This document shows, one piece after another, positions 28,182 through 38,781 of a stretch of 61,739 nucleotides of DNA (position 1 is its first letter; each line of letters starts with the position of its first letter). The position numbers and the translations under genes are program-made. The notes beneath the pieces are model-generated. The model did no database searches and was not told the origin of the DNA. It worked only from the letters and a program-made list of their open reading frames with translations. Source of the stretch: Kiritimatiellia bacterium (GTDB lineage Bacteria > Verrucomicrobiota > Kiritimatiellia > RFP12 > UBA1067). The stretch lies in contig JAGYOL010000001.1 of the NCBI GenBank assembly GCA_018399555.1, forward strand, positions 1 through 61,739, written 5' to 3'.

Positions 28182-30536
28182 TTATTCAAATCCGATTGAG
28201 AATGAAAACACCTCTTCTTCGCTATAGCTATCATCTTCGGCGACTGGTGTAGCGAAGTCGAATCTGATGGGGAAGCCGGGGATATCGATACGGAATCCGA
28301 TACCGACACTGGCGCAGATATCCGAGAGTTCAGGATCAAATTCATCCTCGCCGACCGAGCCCACGTCAAAGAATGTTGCAAATCGCAGTGCTTTGAAGAT
28401 TGGAATTGTATATTCCGCCGATGCGAGCATCAGAGTCTGGCCGCCGATGGAGGCATGGGTTGTACCGTTATTCTTGAGAACTTTGGGGCCGATATCGCGG
28501 TATTCGAAGCCGCGCAGTGAGCGCGGACCGCCAGCGAAGAGTTTTTCATAGACCGGCACTTCGCCGTTGTAGGCTTCAATTGTTTCAAAGCGTCCGCGCA
28601 GGCTCAGCACATGTTTAAACCAGGGCATCGGGAACCAGCGCTGATAATTGCCGCCGAGAGCGTAAAGTTCATTATCGCCGAAAGCGTTTTCATAGAGGTC
28701 GCCGAAAACGGTTGTACGGTAACCGCGGGTAGGGACAAACGGCTGATCGCGGGTATCGTGTGCCCAGTAGAGGCGGATCACACTGTTGATATTGTCACCG
28801 TATTCATCATCCTGATAGTTGAAGTAGTCATTGTACCTGCCTCTATAGTCGGCCGGCACGGCATTGTTGCCCTGCTCATCGAAGACATAGCCCCCTTCAA
28901 CGTCATCCATTTCGACAAGCTCAAGGGTATAGCGGGCGCCCACACGGCCCACCTTGACGGGGTAGGACAGACCCACAGAGCCGCCGGTGCGGATGGCGTC
29001 ATATTCGTCATACCAGCGCATACGGCGGTAGGCCTCGACGGTCAGGGCGATTGGGCGGTCCATGAACCAGGGCTCGGTTATGGAGGCCTCGATGGTCTGG
29101 CGTCGGCTGCCAGCCTCGACGCCCACACGGGCTTTTTGTCCGCCGCCGGTAAAATTCGGCCAGTTCATGATATCGAAATTGCTCTGTGAGACCTCGGCAA
29201 ATCCGACCAGATTATCGACACTCGAAAAACCGGCACCGATCATGAAATTACCGGTGCGCTGTTCGTCGACCTCATAGACCAGGTTGCGGGAGTCTGCGTT
29301 GTCGGTTGGCTCGCTATAGTTACGAACATTGCTAAAGTAACCGAGGTTTTTCAGACGGTTTTCGCTGCGTTCGATCGCGACTCCGTTCATGACTCCGCCG
29401 GGTGTGACCATCAATTCACGGCGGATTACCTTGTCTTTGGTTTTGTTATTACCGCGGATAATGATCTCATTGATATAAACGAGACTTCCTTCGATCACGT
29501 TAAACGCGATTGAAATCCGTCCGGGTTTACCTTCAATCGGCTCGCGGACATCACGCACAACCGTGTCGATATAACCACGCGAGGTGTAGTAGTCGCGAAT
29601 ACTTTTGGCGGCGTCATTGATAGCACCCAGGCTGGCTATGTCGTCGCTGTGCAGAGTGCTTTGTGCCATAACCTCCTGTTCGGGGAAGAGTTTCACGCCG
29701 CTGATGGAAGTTTCCTCGATGGTATAGAGATCGCCCTCAGTCACATCGAACATCATTGCGGCCGCTTCATCGTCGATCATTTCCTTGCGGGCTGGAGCCA
29801 CACGCGCATCCAGATAGCCGTGGTTGTGGTAGACCGTCTCGGCCTGTTGTCGTGCGTCCTCGAGATCCTGCGCGGAGACCGGGGTATCGGTGAACCAGCC
29901 GCGTGGATCATACCAGGGACGTTGACCGAAGGAAGAACGCAGTTCTTTCGCATCTATAGAGTGGTTGCCGGTAAAGCGGAACTCTTTGATTTTGACACGT
30001 TCGCCCTCATCGATAGTCAGAGTGACATTGGCGGCTCCGGCACCGTTTTCAATCGGCTCGATTTTGACTCCGATTTTGACATCCGAGTAGTATCGTTTGA
30101 CATATTCATCGCGTATTGCGGCAACTTTTTCGGACAGAATCGGCTCATCGATATAATCGCCGCTATTGAGCTCGGACAGCTTACGTATTTTACGTTCACT
30201 GAAATAGTCTGCTCCCTGGATTGCAATCGGTTCCTGGAAACGGTAACGCCGCTTGACCACATAGACAACTCTGACTCCGTCGCCGGCTTTTTCAAGTTCA
30301 ACACCGGCGTAGCCGAAGCGGCCGGTATCCAGAAGGGCACGAACATCCTTAGACATCGCCTCCTGCGAAACAGGATCACCCGGCTTGACACTGCAGAATG
30401 TCAAAACATCCGAAGCATCGGTTCCGATCTTGTCGATAACCCTGACGGTTACCTCTTCAACTGTATTCGGGGCGGCGAACACGGAGGCAGCGAACAAGAT
30501 CGACAGCCCCAACAATAAACGCAATGATTTATGCAT
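28182..30536 (-). CDS. bamA: Outer membrane protein assembly factor BamA (Omp85)
   Basis: Signal peptide, five POTRA-like repeats, and a C-terminal Omp85 barrel (GGPRSLRGFEYRDIGP); 784 aa. It ends ...FSIGFE rather than with a terminal aromatic residue. Confidence 0.9.
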   Translation of the reverse strand: MHKSLRLLLGLSILFAASVFAAPNTVEEVTVRVIDKIGTDASDVLTFCSVKPGDPVSQEAMSKDVRALLDTGRFGYAGVELEKAGDGVRVVYVVKRRYRFQEPIAIQGADYFSERKIRKLSELNSGDYIDEPILSEKVAAIRDEYVKRYYSDVKIGVKIEPIENGAGAANVTLTIDEGERVKIKEFRFTGNHSIDAKELRSSFGQRPWYDPRGWFTDTPVSAQDLEDARQQAETVYHNHGYLDARVAPARKEMIDDEAAAMMFDVTEGDLYTIEETSISGVKLFPEQEVMAQSTLHSDDIASLGAINDAAKSIRDYYTSRGYIDTVVRDVREPIEGKPGRISIAFNVIEGSLVYINEIIIRGNNKTKDKVIRRELMVTPGGVMNGVAIERSENRLKNLGYFSNVRNYSEPTDNADSRNLVYEVDEQRTGNFMIGAGFSSVDNLVGFAEVSQSNFDIMNWPNFTGGGQKARVGVEAGSRRQTIEASITEPWFMDRPIALTVEAYRRMRWYDEYDAIRTGGSVGLSYPVKVGRVGARYTLELVEMDDVEGGYVFDEQGNNAVPADYRGRYNDYFNYQDDEYGDNINSVIRLYWAHDTRDQPFVPTRGYRTTVFGDLYENAFGDNELYALGGNYQRWFPMPWFKHVLSLRGRFETIEAYNGEVPVYEKLFAGGPRSLRGFEYRDIGPKVLKNNGTTHASIGGQTLMLASAEYTIPIFKALRFATFFDVGSVGEDEFDPELSDICASVGIGFRIDIPGFPIRFDFATPVAEDDSYSEEEVFSFSIGFE

Positions 30537-30729
30537 TAAAACAACTCCTGAACCTTGTGATTACCAAATAGAGTAAATTAAAGCGTATTTTACCGGGAAA
30601 CTCAAGCATTGAAATTGCCTGTTTTTTTTCATTTTGTCGCGAAAAAAGCGTGATTGGAGTTTGTAATTGACTTTCAAATCTCTGTGAACGACAATTGGCG
30701 CATTAACCGATTATTTGACGAAGGCGAAC

Positions 30730-31347
30730 ATGACAGCAATTGTTGATTACAATGCCGGCAATCTCACCAGCGTAAAACTGGCCTTTCATGCGCTGAACTG
30801 TGAGGCTGAGGTGACACAGAACCCTGAGGTTATTCTGCAGGCTGATCGTGTTATTTTTCCCGGTGTCGGCGCGGCGGGCTCCGCCATGCGCAATCTCTCC
30901 GAACTGAAGCTGATTGATCCCATCAGAGAGGTAACTGCGCGCGGCACCCCTTTTCTCGGCATCTGTCTGGGCACTCAGATTCTGTTTGATTTTTCCGATG
31001 AGGATTTCGGCACTCCCGCTCTCGGCATTCTGCCCGGACGCGTGCCGCGTTTTCAGCCCTGCAATCCACGAGACAAGGTGCCTCAGATCGGCTGGAATCA
31101 GGTTGAATACACACATCAGCATCCCATCATGGATGGGATAGAGAACAGGAGTGAGTTTTACTTTGTTCACAGCTATTATCCTGCGCCTGATAACGATGAG
31201 ATTGTAATCGGAACCACCAGCTACGCCGATCTTCGCTTCGCATCCATGGTGGCCGCGCAGAATGTAGTAGCCACGCAGTTTCATCCTGAGAAATCGGGAC
31301 GCATCGGCTTGAAGCTGCTGCGTAATTTCATCAACTGGAATCCCTAA
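30730..31347 (+). CDS. hisH: Imidazole glycerol phosphate synthase, glutamine amidotransferase subunit
   Basis: Class-I GATase: PGVGAAG, LGICLGTQILF, QFHPEKS. Start taken at ATG 30730; the TTG at 30715 is also possible. Confidence 0.9.
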   Translation: MTAIVDYNAGNLTSVKLAFHALNCEAEVTQNPEVILQADRVIFPGVGAAGSAMRNLSELKLIDPIREVTARGTPFLGICLGTQILFDFSDEDFGTPALGILPGRVPRFQPCNPRDKVPQIGWNQVEYTHQHPIMDGIENRSEFYFVHSYYPAPDNDEIVIGTTSYADLRFASMVAAQNVVATQFHPEKSGRIGLKLLRNFINWNP

Positions 31348-31363
31348 CCCCCGCTCTGAGCCA

Positions 31364-32143
31364 ATGCTTACAAAACGCATCATTCCCTGCCTGGACGTCA
31401 TCAACCGGCGTGTCACAAAAGGCATCAAGTTCAAGAACAACATCGATCTAGGCGATCCTGTCGAGTTGGCCGTAAAATACAGTGACGGCGGGTGTGATGA
31501 ACTGGTGGTTTACGATATCACCGCATCCGCCGAGCATCGTCCGATTGACATCGAGATGGTGCGGGATGTCGCCCGTTCAATCCGGATTCCTTTCGCCGTG
31601 GGCGGCGGCATATCGACCCTTGAGGAGATGTCGCGGGTGTTGCTGGCCGGTGCCGAAAAGATTTCGGTCAACTCGCTGGCGGTAAAAAACCCGGCGATCA
31701 TCGGTGAAGGAGCCCGTGCTTTCGGAGCCCAGTGCATCGTTCTGGGTATGGACCCGGTTCAGACGCAGAATTTCGAGCGGTGTCCGAGCGGATATGAAAT
31801 AACCACGCGCGGGTTTCGTGAGCACACAGGTATCGATGCAGTCGAGTGGGCCAGGCGCGCCGAGGATCTCGGTGCCGGTGAGATAGTGGTAAATTCGGTG
31901 GATACGGACGGAACACGCGACGGTTTTGAATTAAACATTACCAGGCTGATTGCCGATGCGGTCGCGGTGCCGGTGGTGGCTTCCGGTGGAGCCGGATGCG
32001 CCGCTCATCTGCGGGAGGCTTTCGACACCGCGCATGCCGATGCCGCCATTGTGGCTGGCATCCTGCATACCGGAGCAACCACTATAGCACAGCTCAAGCG
32101 AGAGTTGCATGAGGCAGGGGTGCCCATGCGCATGCACTGGTGA
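31364..32143 (+). CDS. hisF: Imidazole glycerol phosphate synthase, cyclase subunit
   Basis: KRIIPCLDV..., FAVGGGI, VASGGAG; typical HisF length. Confidence 0.9.
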   Translation: MLTKRIIPCLDVINRRVTKGIKFKNNIDLGDPVELAVKYSDGGCDELVVYDITASAEHRPIDIEMVRDVARSIRIPFAVGGGISTLEEMSRVLLAGAEKISVNSLAVKNPAIIGEGARAFGAQCIVLGMDPVQTQNFERCPSGYEITTRGFREHTGIDAVEWARRAEDLGAGEIVVNSVDTDGTRDGFELNITRLIADAVAVPVVASGGAGCAAHLREAFDTAHADAAIVAGILHTGATTIAQLKRELHEAGVPMRMHW

Positions 32144-32222
32144 AACCTGATGCGGCTGCAACCTGTTACCGGAGGAGATATTCACTGACTTAAGAGTTCA
32201 GGATTCAAAGGGCTGGAAGGCA

Positions 32223-33245
32223 ATGTCGACACACACAACAGAGGAATACAATCAGCGTAATGCGTCGTTTGACAATTCGTTGCGCCCCACCCGTTTCGAC
32301 GATTTCACCGGTCAGCAGAAGGTGCGTGACAGACTCATGCTGGCGGTCGAAGCCGCCATGCAGCGCGGGGAACCGCTGGATCATGTTCTGCTTTCGGGCC
32401 CGCCCGGACTCGGTAAAACGACTCTGGCCTACATTCTGGGGGTGGCGATGGGGGTGCATGTCAAAACCACCTCCGGCCCGGTTATTGACAAACCGGGCGA
32501 TCTGGCCGGACTACTTACCAGTCTTGAACCCGGCGATCTGGTATTTATTGACGAAATTCATCGAATGCAGCGTTCGGTCGAGGAGTATCTCTACTCTGCC
32601 ATGGAAGATTTTGTAATAGACATCATGATTGATCAGGGTCCGAACGCCCGCTCCGTGCGTCTGGAGCTACCGCGTTTCACTCTGGTCGGCGCCACCACTC
32701 GTAGCGGATTGATCTCGGCTCCGTTACGCTCACGTTTCGGTCTGGTTAACCGACTTGATTATTATCTACTGGAAGATCTGACCCGAATCGTAAAGCGTTC
32801 CGCCGCAAAACTGAATGTCAGCATTGATGATAACGGCGCTACCGAGATAGCCTCCCGTTCACGCGGCACACCGCGTATTGCCAACAATCTGCTGCGTCGC
32901 GTGCGTGATTTCGCCCAAGTTCGTGCCGACAACCATATCAGTCGTCCGGTTGCTGATGAAGCGCTATCGTTACTTGAGATAGACCCGAAAGGGCTGGATG
33001 AGATGGATATCCGCATACTGGAGACGATCGTGACAAAATTCAACGGCGGCCCGGTCGGTCTGGGAACGATTGCGGTTTCAGTCGGCGAGGAGCGTGACAC
33101 CATTGAAGAGGTGTACGAACCCTATCTGATTCAGGAAGGCTATCTGCAACGCACACCCAAGGGCAGGCAAGCCACCCGCATGTGTTACGAGCGCCTCGGA
33201 GTGCGTCCGCTCAAAGGTGCGCTGCAGGATGAACTGCCTTTATGA
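32223..33245 (+). CDS. ruvB: Holliday junction branch migration helicase RuvB
   Basis: [19 protein letters not shown], Walker [33 protein letters not shown]. Confidence 0.95.
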   Translation: MSTHTTEEYNQRNASFDNSLRPTRFDDFTGQQKVRDRLMLAVEAAMQRGEPLDHVLLSGPPGLGKTTLAYILGVAMGVHVKTTSGPVIDKPGDLAGLLTSLEPGDLVFIDEIHRMQRSVEEYLYSAMEDFVIDIMIDQGPNARSVRLELPRFTLVGATTRSGLISAPLRSRFGLVNRLDYYLLEDLTRIVKRSAAKLNVSIDDNGATEIASRSRGTPRIANNLLRRVRDFAQVRADNHISRPVADEALSLLEIDPKGLDEMDIRILETIVTKFNGGPVGLGTIAVSVGEERDTIEEVYEPYLIQEGYLQRTPKGRQATRMCYERLGVRPLKGALQDELPL

Positions 33246-33339
33246 GTGTTGGCACAGGCAGGCAACCGGATTTATTTTGAGACAGGAGCCGGGAGAACAG
33301 AGGACAATCCAGCCTGCTTTCAGAGCAAAGGAGAAGATC

Positions 33340-34362
33340 ATGAAAATTCTTGTTACCGGAGGCACCGGATATATCGGCAGTCACACCTGTGTGGAACTGC
33401 TCAACGCCGGATATGAAGTTGTGGTGGTGGACAATCTATGCAACAGTGTCGAAGAGAGTCTGGATCGGGTGCGAGAGATTACCGGACGAGAGGTGGAATT
33501 TCATCGGATCGACATCTGTGACCGTCCGGCACTCGAAGGGGTATTTCGGAGCGCGGGTCCTTTTGATGCGGTAATTCATTTCGCGGCGCTGAAAGCGGTA
33601 GGCGAATCCACGCAGATACCGCTGAAATATTATCATAACAACATAACCGGCACCGTGAACCTCTGTGAAGTAATGGTTGCCAATCATTGCTGCAATCTGG
33701 TTTTCAGCTCTTCGGCCACTGTTTACGGCAATCCGCAATCCGTACCGATCCGCGAAAATTTCCCCACCCCTGGCGCGACCAATCCTTATGGATGGAGCAA
33801 ACTGATGATGGAACAGATTTTCAGGGATGTGCAAAGCTCTGATCCGCGTTGGAATATCGTGATTTTGCGTTACTTCAACCCGATCGGAGCGCATGAGAGC
33901 GGTCTGATCGGCGAAGACCCTGCCGGCATCCCCAACAACCTGTTACCGTATATCGCCCAGGTGGCGGTCGGACGGCTTAAGTGTATCTCGGTCTTTGGTA
34001 ATGATTATCCCACTGTTGACGGCACTGGGGTGCGGGATTATATTCATGTAGTTGATCTGGCGGCGGGTCATCTGCGGGCGATTGAAAAACTCAACTCGGA
34101 ACCCGGACTGGAGACATACAACCTGGGAACCGGTGAGGGCTACAGTGTTCTGCAGGTGGTCAAAGCCTTTGAGCAGGCATGCGGCAAAACGCTACCCGTT
34201 GAAATCAAGCCGCGGCGTCCCGGTGACATTGCGGAGTGCTGGGCCGACCCGGCCAAAGCCGAACGTGAACTGGGTTGGCGGGCCACGCGTGATCTGAAGA
34301 GGATGTGCGCCGACACCTGGCGCTGGCAGTCGCTCAATCCCGACGGATACGCCGGAGGATAA
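33340..34362 (+). CDS. galE: UDP-glucose 4-epimerase
   Basis: MKILVTGGTGYIGSH, YGWSK (YxxxK), NPIGAHESGLIGEDP. Start at ATG 33340; the ORF-track start at 33217 overlaps ruvB. Confidence 0.9.
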   Translation: MKILVTGGTGYIGSHTCVELLNAGYEVVVVDNLCNSVEESLDRVREITGREVEFHRIDICDRPALEGVFRSAGPFDAVIHFAALKAVGESTQIPLKYYHNNITGTVNLCEVMVANHCCNLVFSSSATVYGNPQSVPIRENFPTPGATNPYGWSKLMMEQIFRDVQSSDPRWNIVILRYFNPIGAHESGLIGEDPAGIPNNLLPYIAQVAVGRLKCISVFGNDYPTVDGTGVRDYIHVVDLAAGHLRAIEKLNSEPGLETYNLGTGEGYSVLQVVKAFEQACGKTLPVEIKPRRPGDIAECWADPAKAERELGWRATRDLKRMCADTWRWQSLNPDGYAGG

Positions 34363-34413
34363 ACGGTTTTTAAAGCAGGCCGCAGCGAGAGGGAACCGGA
34401 GCAAAGCCAGCTG

Positions 34414-35304
34414 TTGGTTCCTGAATTCATCAAAAGAGATGCGCACACGAAAAACAGGAAGTTGACGGATAACGGCAAAATGGATTCCCTTAACGCAATC
34501 ATAGAGGATCTGGCGGAACACATCTCCATTCTGCAGGAGTTGGGGCGGCGTTCCGCCCACATCGAGCGGCAGGTGGTTCTGGATATAACAAAACCGGCCA
34601 TGCGGCGGAAATCTGTCGCAACGGGCGGAACCGTCTCCGGCGCAGCCGCACCTGTTGAAAAAGGTGAACCACTGAGCGAAACCGTACTTCGCAACGCCAG
34701 TCAGTTGCAGCCCGAAGAGCGTCTGAGTGCCATGCGGGAACTGCACCGTGAAATGAACAACTGTTTTGACTGTGAACTCTGTAAAAACCGTGACAGCACT
34801 CTGCCGGGAGAGGGCAATCTCAACTCGCCCGACATCATGGTGGTCGGAGCGTGTGCTGATGAAAAAGACAAAGCCGCCGGCAGGGTATTCACTGGCGAAG
34901 CAGGGGCTCTCTTTGCAAAGATGCTGGCTTCTATCGGCTACAGCCGCGAAGATATCTATGTGACTAATGTATGCAAGTGTCCGGTACCGGGCAACCGTAA
35001 GCCCTTGATGCGGGAGATGCGGGCCTGCCGCGGTTTTCTTGAGGAGCAGATCAGGATAGTCCGGCCCAAGGTTATTTTGATTATGGGCGAGCACGCCGGC
35101 AAGGGTCTTTTTTACAAAGAGCCTTCCTTATTGAAACCGCAGGGCAGCTGGAGCAAATTTCACGGGATTCCGGTGATGACGACCTTCCACCCGAACTACA
35201 TTCTGCGTTTCAGCGACACCGACGACAAGCACCAGACTGCGCTGAAGCGCGCCGTCTGGCGGGCACTCCAATCGGTGGGGAGGGTATTGCACTCCCGCCT
35301 GTAG
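34414..35304 (+). CDS. Uracil-DNA glycosylase, family 4 (Fe-S type), with N-terminal extension
   Basis: GEGNLNSPDIMVVGACADEKD, GRVFTGEAGALF, Cys motifs CFDCELC and NVCKC, HPNYILR. The start within the first ~110 aa is uncertain. Confidence 0.8.
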   Translation: MVPEFIKRDAHTKNRKLTDNGKMDSLNAIIEDLAEHISILQELGRRSAHIERQVVLDITKPAMRRKSVATGGTVSGAAAPVEKGEPLSETVLRNASQLQPEERLSAMRELHREMNNCFDCELCKNRDSTLPGEGNLNSPDIMVVGACADEKDKAAGRVFTGEAGALFAKMLASIGYSREDIYVTNVCKCPVPGNRKPLMREMRACRGFLEEQIRIVRPKVILIMGEHAGKGLFYKEPSLLKPQGSWSKFHGIPVMTTFHPNYILRFSDTDDKHQTALKRAVWRALQSVGRVLHSRL

Positions 35305-35364
35305 CACCGTGACAAAGCTGTCCGGGCCGAAGTGCTGCATGCAGGGCCTCAAGGCAGCCCGATT

Positions 35365-35523
35365 TCAGGCCGGTTCAAACTGATCCTTGCCGACGCCGCA
35401 TTCAGGGCAGGTCCAGTCGTCGGGCACATCCGCCCAGGCTGTTCCGGGGGCAACGCCGCTGTCGGGATCGCCGATTTCGGGGTCATAAATATAACCGCAT
35501 ACTACGCAAACATACTTTTCCAT
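35365..35523 (-). CDS. Rubredoxin (52 aa; absent from the ORF track because <60 aa)
   Basis: Hand translation gives [52 protein letters not shown]. It has both CxxCG knuckles and the conserved aromatic core. GGAAAGGAA lies upstream of the ATG. Confidence 0.85.
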   Translation of the reverse strand: MEKYVCVVCGYIYDPEIGDPDSGVAPGTAWADVPDDWTCPECGVGKDQFEPA

Positions 35524-35726
35524 TTTTCAGTTCCTTTCCAAGCGAAACATTTTCATCCTGCACTTCAGACCGACTTGCAAACCGTAAACACATTCGGCAC
35601 CATAGTAATGGATTTTCCATCTTCCTTCAACCTCAATCAGAGGGATTTTTTTATATGAAAAAGCAATTTGCTAGTGAGAACGGCACAGGGCTCAATTTCA
35701 TTCTGGCCACGATAAACAAACTATAC

Positions 35727-36962
35727 TTACTCTACAACCATTCGCGCATATTTATTAAACACATCGTGTCCGGGACGCAGTGAGCCATCTCTTCTGATAA
35801 ATGCCATGTATCCGGCATCGATGACGGGGCCGAGTTCCGGCGGGTGCAAGTCCGCCACGGGAGAGGTATGCAAAGCATGAGGCAGGAAACCGATACCCAA
35901 TTTCACGAGACCATCCAAAGTTCCCTCAACAATTAAAGCCCTAACCTCATCATCCATGGATCCCCAGCAACATTCAGAAGCGACAACCGGCTTATCCAAA
36001 CCATAATCCTGCCAAATTTTAAGATGCTTGCCGACTGCCGCCAGATACTCCTGTTTTTTTTGTTCGATGTTTCCTCTGTTCAGTGCTTTAGAATCCACCA
36101 TTCTGGTTTCCCGTCCGGCCATAATCCGTTTTGATATAAAGACATCATAAGGGTGAATTGACCAGAGGTCACAGATATCAAAAAGCGCACGCAACTCTTT
36201 TTCAGAATTATACACACCGGCTTCGCCGATAGTCGTCCGACTACCTGGAAATTCTCTCTTGATAAAGGAGGCCGCAAGCGTAAGCCACTCACTGTAAATA
36301 TGGAATTGAAATGGTTCGTTGCACAGATCCCAAACCAGAACATTTCCCGGGCAAGCTTCGATTGATGCCGCAAGGTATTGTTCAAACTCTCCGAAAGGAA
36401 CTTTCTTATAATCTTCATAGAGCGGATCAAAGCGGGGAGTACCCTTCCAGACGGTGAAAAGAGTTGGTATCATAAGCAGATCCAGCTCGCGACATACTGA
36501 ATATGCACTGCGAAGATTTTTTATATATGAGTCCTTATCCTTTTTCCATGCGCCCCAGCTCAACCACAGACGCACCGTGTTCATCAAAGGAAAAAGCTCT
36601 TTACCTCGAACCAGCTCCGCGCGGTATTTTTCAGCATCAAATTTATCCAGCCATATTTCAGTTCCCGTAGCACCCCAGGTCGGCTGATAATTGAAGCCGA
36701 CAATGTGCTTTGCACCATCAACCCTATTCCAGACAACCCGTTTAAAAACATCTCCAGCCTTAGGTGTGTGGTTTATTACAGAGTGTTTTGGAGCCTGCGC
36801 CATCAATTCCGATTGAAACGCCGAAGCCAATAACAATCCAAGCCCACCGGATCCACCGTGTTTAATAAAATGTCTGCGATTCCAGTGCAAATCTGATAAC
36901 TTTTTATGTCCCACATTTTTCATAATCATAATTCTTTCGTCTGATGTTCCATGTTTTGTCAA
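35727..36962 (-). CDS. TAT-signal (beta/alpha)8 glycoside hydrolase, clan GH-A (GH5-like)
   Basis: NRRHFIKHGGSGGLGLLLASAF twin-arginine signal, acid/base-type LCNEPF, candidate nucleophile VVASECCWG. The family assignment is tentative. Confidence 0.6.
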   Translation of the reverse strand: MTKHGTSDERIMIMKNVGHKKLSDLHWNRRHFIKHGGSGGLGLLLASAFQSELMAQAPKHSVINHTPKAGDVFKRVVWNRVDGAKHIVGFNYQPTWGATGTEIWLDKFDAEKYRAELVRGKELFPLMNTVRLWLSWGAWKKDKDSYIKNLRSAYSVCRELDLLMIPTLFTVWKGTPRFDPLYEDYKKVPFGEFEQYLAASIEACPGNVLVWDLCNEPFQFHIYSEWLTLAASFIKREFPGSRTTIGEAGVYNSEKELRALFDICDLWSIHPYDVFISKRIMAGRETRMVDSKALNRGNIEQKKQEYLAAVGKHLKIWQDYGLDKPVVASECCWGSMDDEVRALIVEGTLDGLVKLGIGFLPHALHTSPVADLHPPELGPVIDAGYMAFIRRDGSLRPGHDVFNKYARMVVE

Positions 36963-36975
36963 TCGTTTCTCTAGT

Positions 36976-38781
36976 TCAGCGTATAGATATCAGGGTGCCT
37001 TCTGGAGTCGGAGGTAAAACCGGAGTAGCTTGAATAACACCCATCGTCAGAGCCCCGTCACCATCCACCCATATCTGAGTACCGGCCTCCACATGAAAAT
37101 CTCCCAGCTCCTTAAACCCCGACCAGGTGCCTGACTGAAAAGAGACGGGTTTAGAAAAGTATCGTCCGTCATTCATCTTACACTGGTCAACTCCTGTTAA
37201 CATCGTTTCTGCCCGCTCTACGCCACCCATTCCGGTTCGGTTGTAAGAATAGGTCACGTTGTCACAATTGATACTGTCAACACCCCATGAAATTTCTAAA
37301 CGATAATACCCCGCTGGCAGCACCGACCCGATACTGAAAACTCCGGGGCCAACTGCGATAGCATAATAATTGCCATCTCCCGGTGAAGAACTTGTCGCTA
37401 CACCCATTCCGAAGGAAGTAGGATTGATCAGCGTGCCGGTAATCGGAGAAACACGCCATAGCCCACGCGAAAGAGCTCCTGTGCCGTTAGCAATAGCTGT
37501 TATCGCCGACCCCTGTGCAATCAGAGGAATACCATTCGTTCCTGTAGGATTCAATGCCTTGAATCCTGACCAAGTACCCGAACCAGCTCCGCCGACAGCA
37601 TCCTTTGTCTGGTCAACCGCCGACAGACAGTTCACGCCATCCGCCCCATAGGAAACGCTGTTATTGTGGGTGGAATAAACTCCCCATGAAATTTCAACCC
37701 AATAACTGCCATTGGTGTTATGGCTTATCCAGGATGAACAAGGTATGTTATCATAGCTGTAGCGTTGAACTGTCCCGCCATTCATAACCGGACCACCGAT
37801 ACTGGCTTTCGCGTAAACAATACCATCCGGCGGATCAATATAACAGGCGGTACCTAGAGGTGTCGCCTGAATCACGCCCATAGTTAACGTACCACTTCCT
37901 CTCAGCCATATCTGACTGCCGGCCTCCACCGTGAAAACTCCTAGCTCACGAAACCCCGACCAAGTGTTAAAGGCAAAAGACCGGTTGTCGAAGCTCCGTC
38001 CGTCATTCATGCCGCGTTGATTCACACCGTAAAGAACATCCGTCGCACCGGCCAAATTACCAATGCCTGTCTGATTATAAGAATAGACAACGTCACTGCT
38101 ATGCGAACCGTGAACACCCCAGGAAATATCCAATTTATAGACACCGGGAGCCAATCTCGTTCCTATGGCAAAATAATTAGTCGCCAAAGTTGTGTAATAA
38201 TAAGAGCCGCAGCCGGGAGCGGAGCTACTTACAGATGCTTTCCCGAATGTATTGGGATTAATCAATGTTCCGGTCAGTCGTGTAGCTCGCCAAAGACCAC
38301 GCGTATGAACTCCCCCGCCACCGGCGACCGAAGTGATCTCGGAAACTCCATTGGTCAGATAGAGAACACTCAATCCTCCGGTATTTAACGGATTGAAGCC
38401 GGACCATTCTCCACTGGCGGCCAGTCCCGCAACATTACGTTGCTGATTCACCGACAACACATTTTTCCCGCTGACGGCATAGGTCACATTAGTAGCGTGA
38501 CTAGCATAAACTCCCCAAGACGTTTCAAACCAGTATAACCCTGTCTGAGATGCACTGACATAAGATGAGGCTACACTTAGCGAGTGGTGATATCCGGGAT
38601 CGGCCGCACCATTCAATTGCGGGCCTCCTCCGTTATGAAGAGTACCTCCGACAGGATCGACATATACAGTATCGGAGATCGCCGGATTTACTATGAGCAT
38701 TAATAAAAACAAAATTACCGCTATGCCAAAAAGTCTTCCTCCCTTTTTAACATAGTATAGTAAATATTTCATTTTCTTCAT
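36976..38781 (-). CDS. Membrane-anchored/secreted hypothetical protein made of a tandemly duplicated ~275-aa unit
   Basis: N-terminal anchor RLFGIAVILFLLMLIVNPAIS. Unit 1 is aa 39-309 and unit 2 is aa 313-589. Each unit holds two beta-rich submodules with the recurring motifs (E/D)ISWGV...V.Y, WSGF, and LTMGVIQATP at the end. It sits 13 nt upstream of the GH gene. Confidence 0.7.
   Translation of the reverse strand: MKKMKYLLYYVKKGGRLFGIAVILFLLMLIVNPAISDTVYVDPVGGTLHNGGGPQLNGAADPGYHHSLSVASSYVSASQTGLYWFETSWGVYASHATNVTYAVSGKNVLSVNQQRNVAGLAASGEWSGFNPLNTGGLSVLYLTNGVSEITSVAGGGGVHTRGLWRATRLTGTLINPNTFGKASVSSSAPGCGSYYYTTLATNYFAIGTRLAPGVYKLDISWGVHGSHSSDVVYSYNQTGIGNLAGATDVLYGVNQRGMNDGRSFDNRSFAFNTWSGFRELGVFTVEAGSQIWLRGSGTLTMGVIQATPLGTACYIDPPDGIVYAKASIGGPVMNGGTVQRYSYDNIPCSSWISHNTNGSYWVEISWGVYSTHNNSVSYGADGVNCLSAVDQTKDAVGGAGSGTWSGFKALNPTGTNGIPLIAQGSAITAIANGTGALSRGLWRVSPITGTLINPTSFGMGVATSSSPGDGNYYAIAVGPGVFSIGSVLPAGYYRLEISWGVDSINCDNVTYSYNRTGMGGVERAETMLTGVDQCKMNDGRYFSKPVSFQSGTWSGFKELGDFHVEAGTQIWVDGDGALTMGVIQATPVLPPTPEGTLISIR

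Noticed and set aside
33250-33266. Sigma-54-like promoter TGGCAC-N-GGCA upstream of galE
   Set aside because: The GG-to-GC spacing is one base short of the -24/-12 consensus and the -12 element is not TTGC.
34192-35094. 300-aa ORF on the minus strand
   Set aside because: It is antisense to the family-4 UDG gene, which carries clear family motifs. It has no motifs of its own and is a typical GC-rich antisense artefact.
35332-35658. 108-aa plus-strand ORF, the only track ORF over this interval
   Set aside because: It is antisense to the rubredoxin gene at 35365-35523, which has unmistakable motifs. The plus-strand product has no features.
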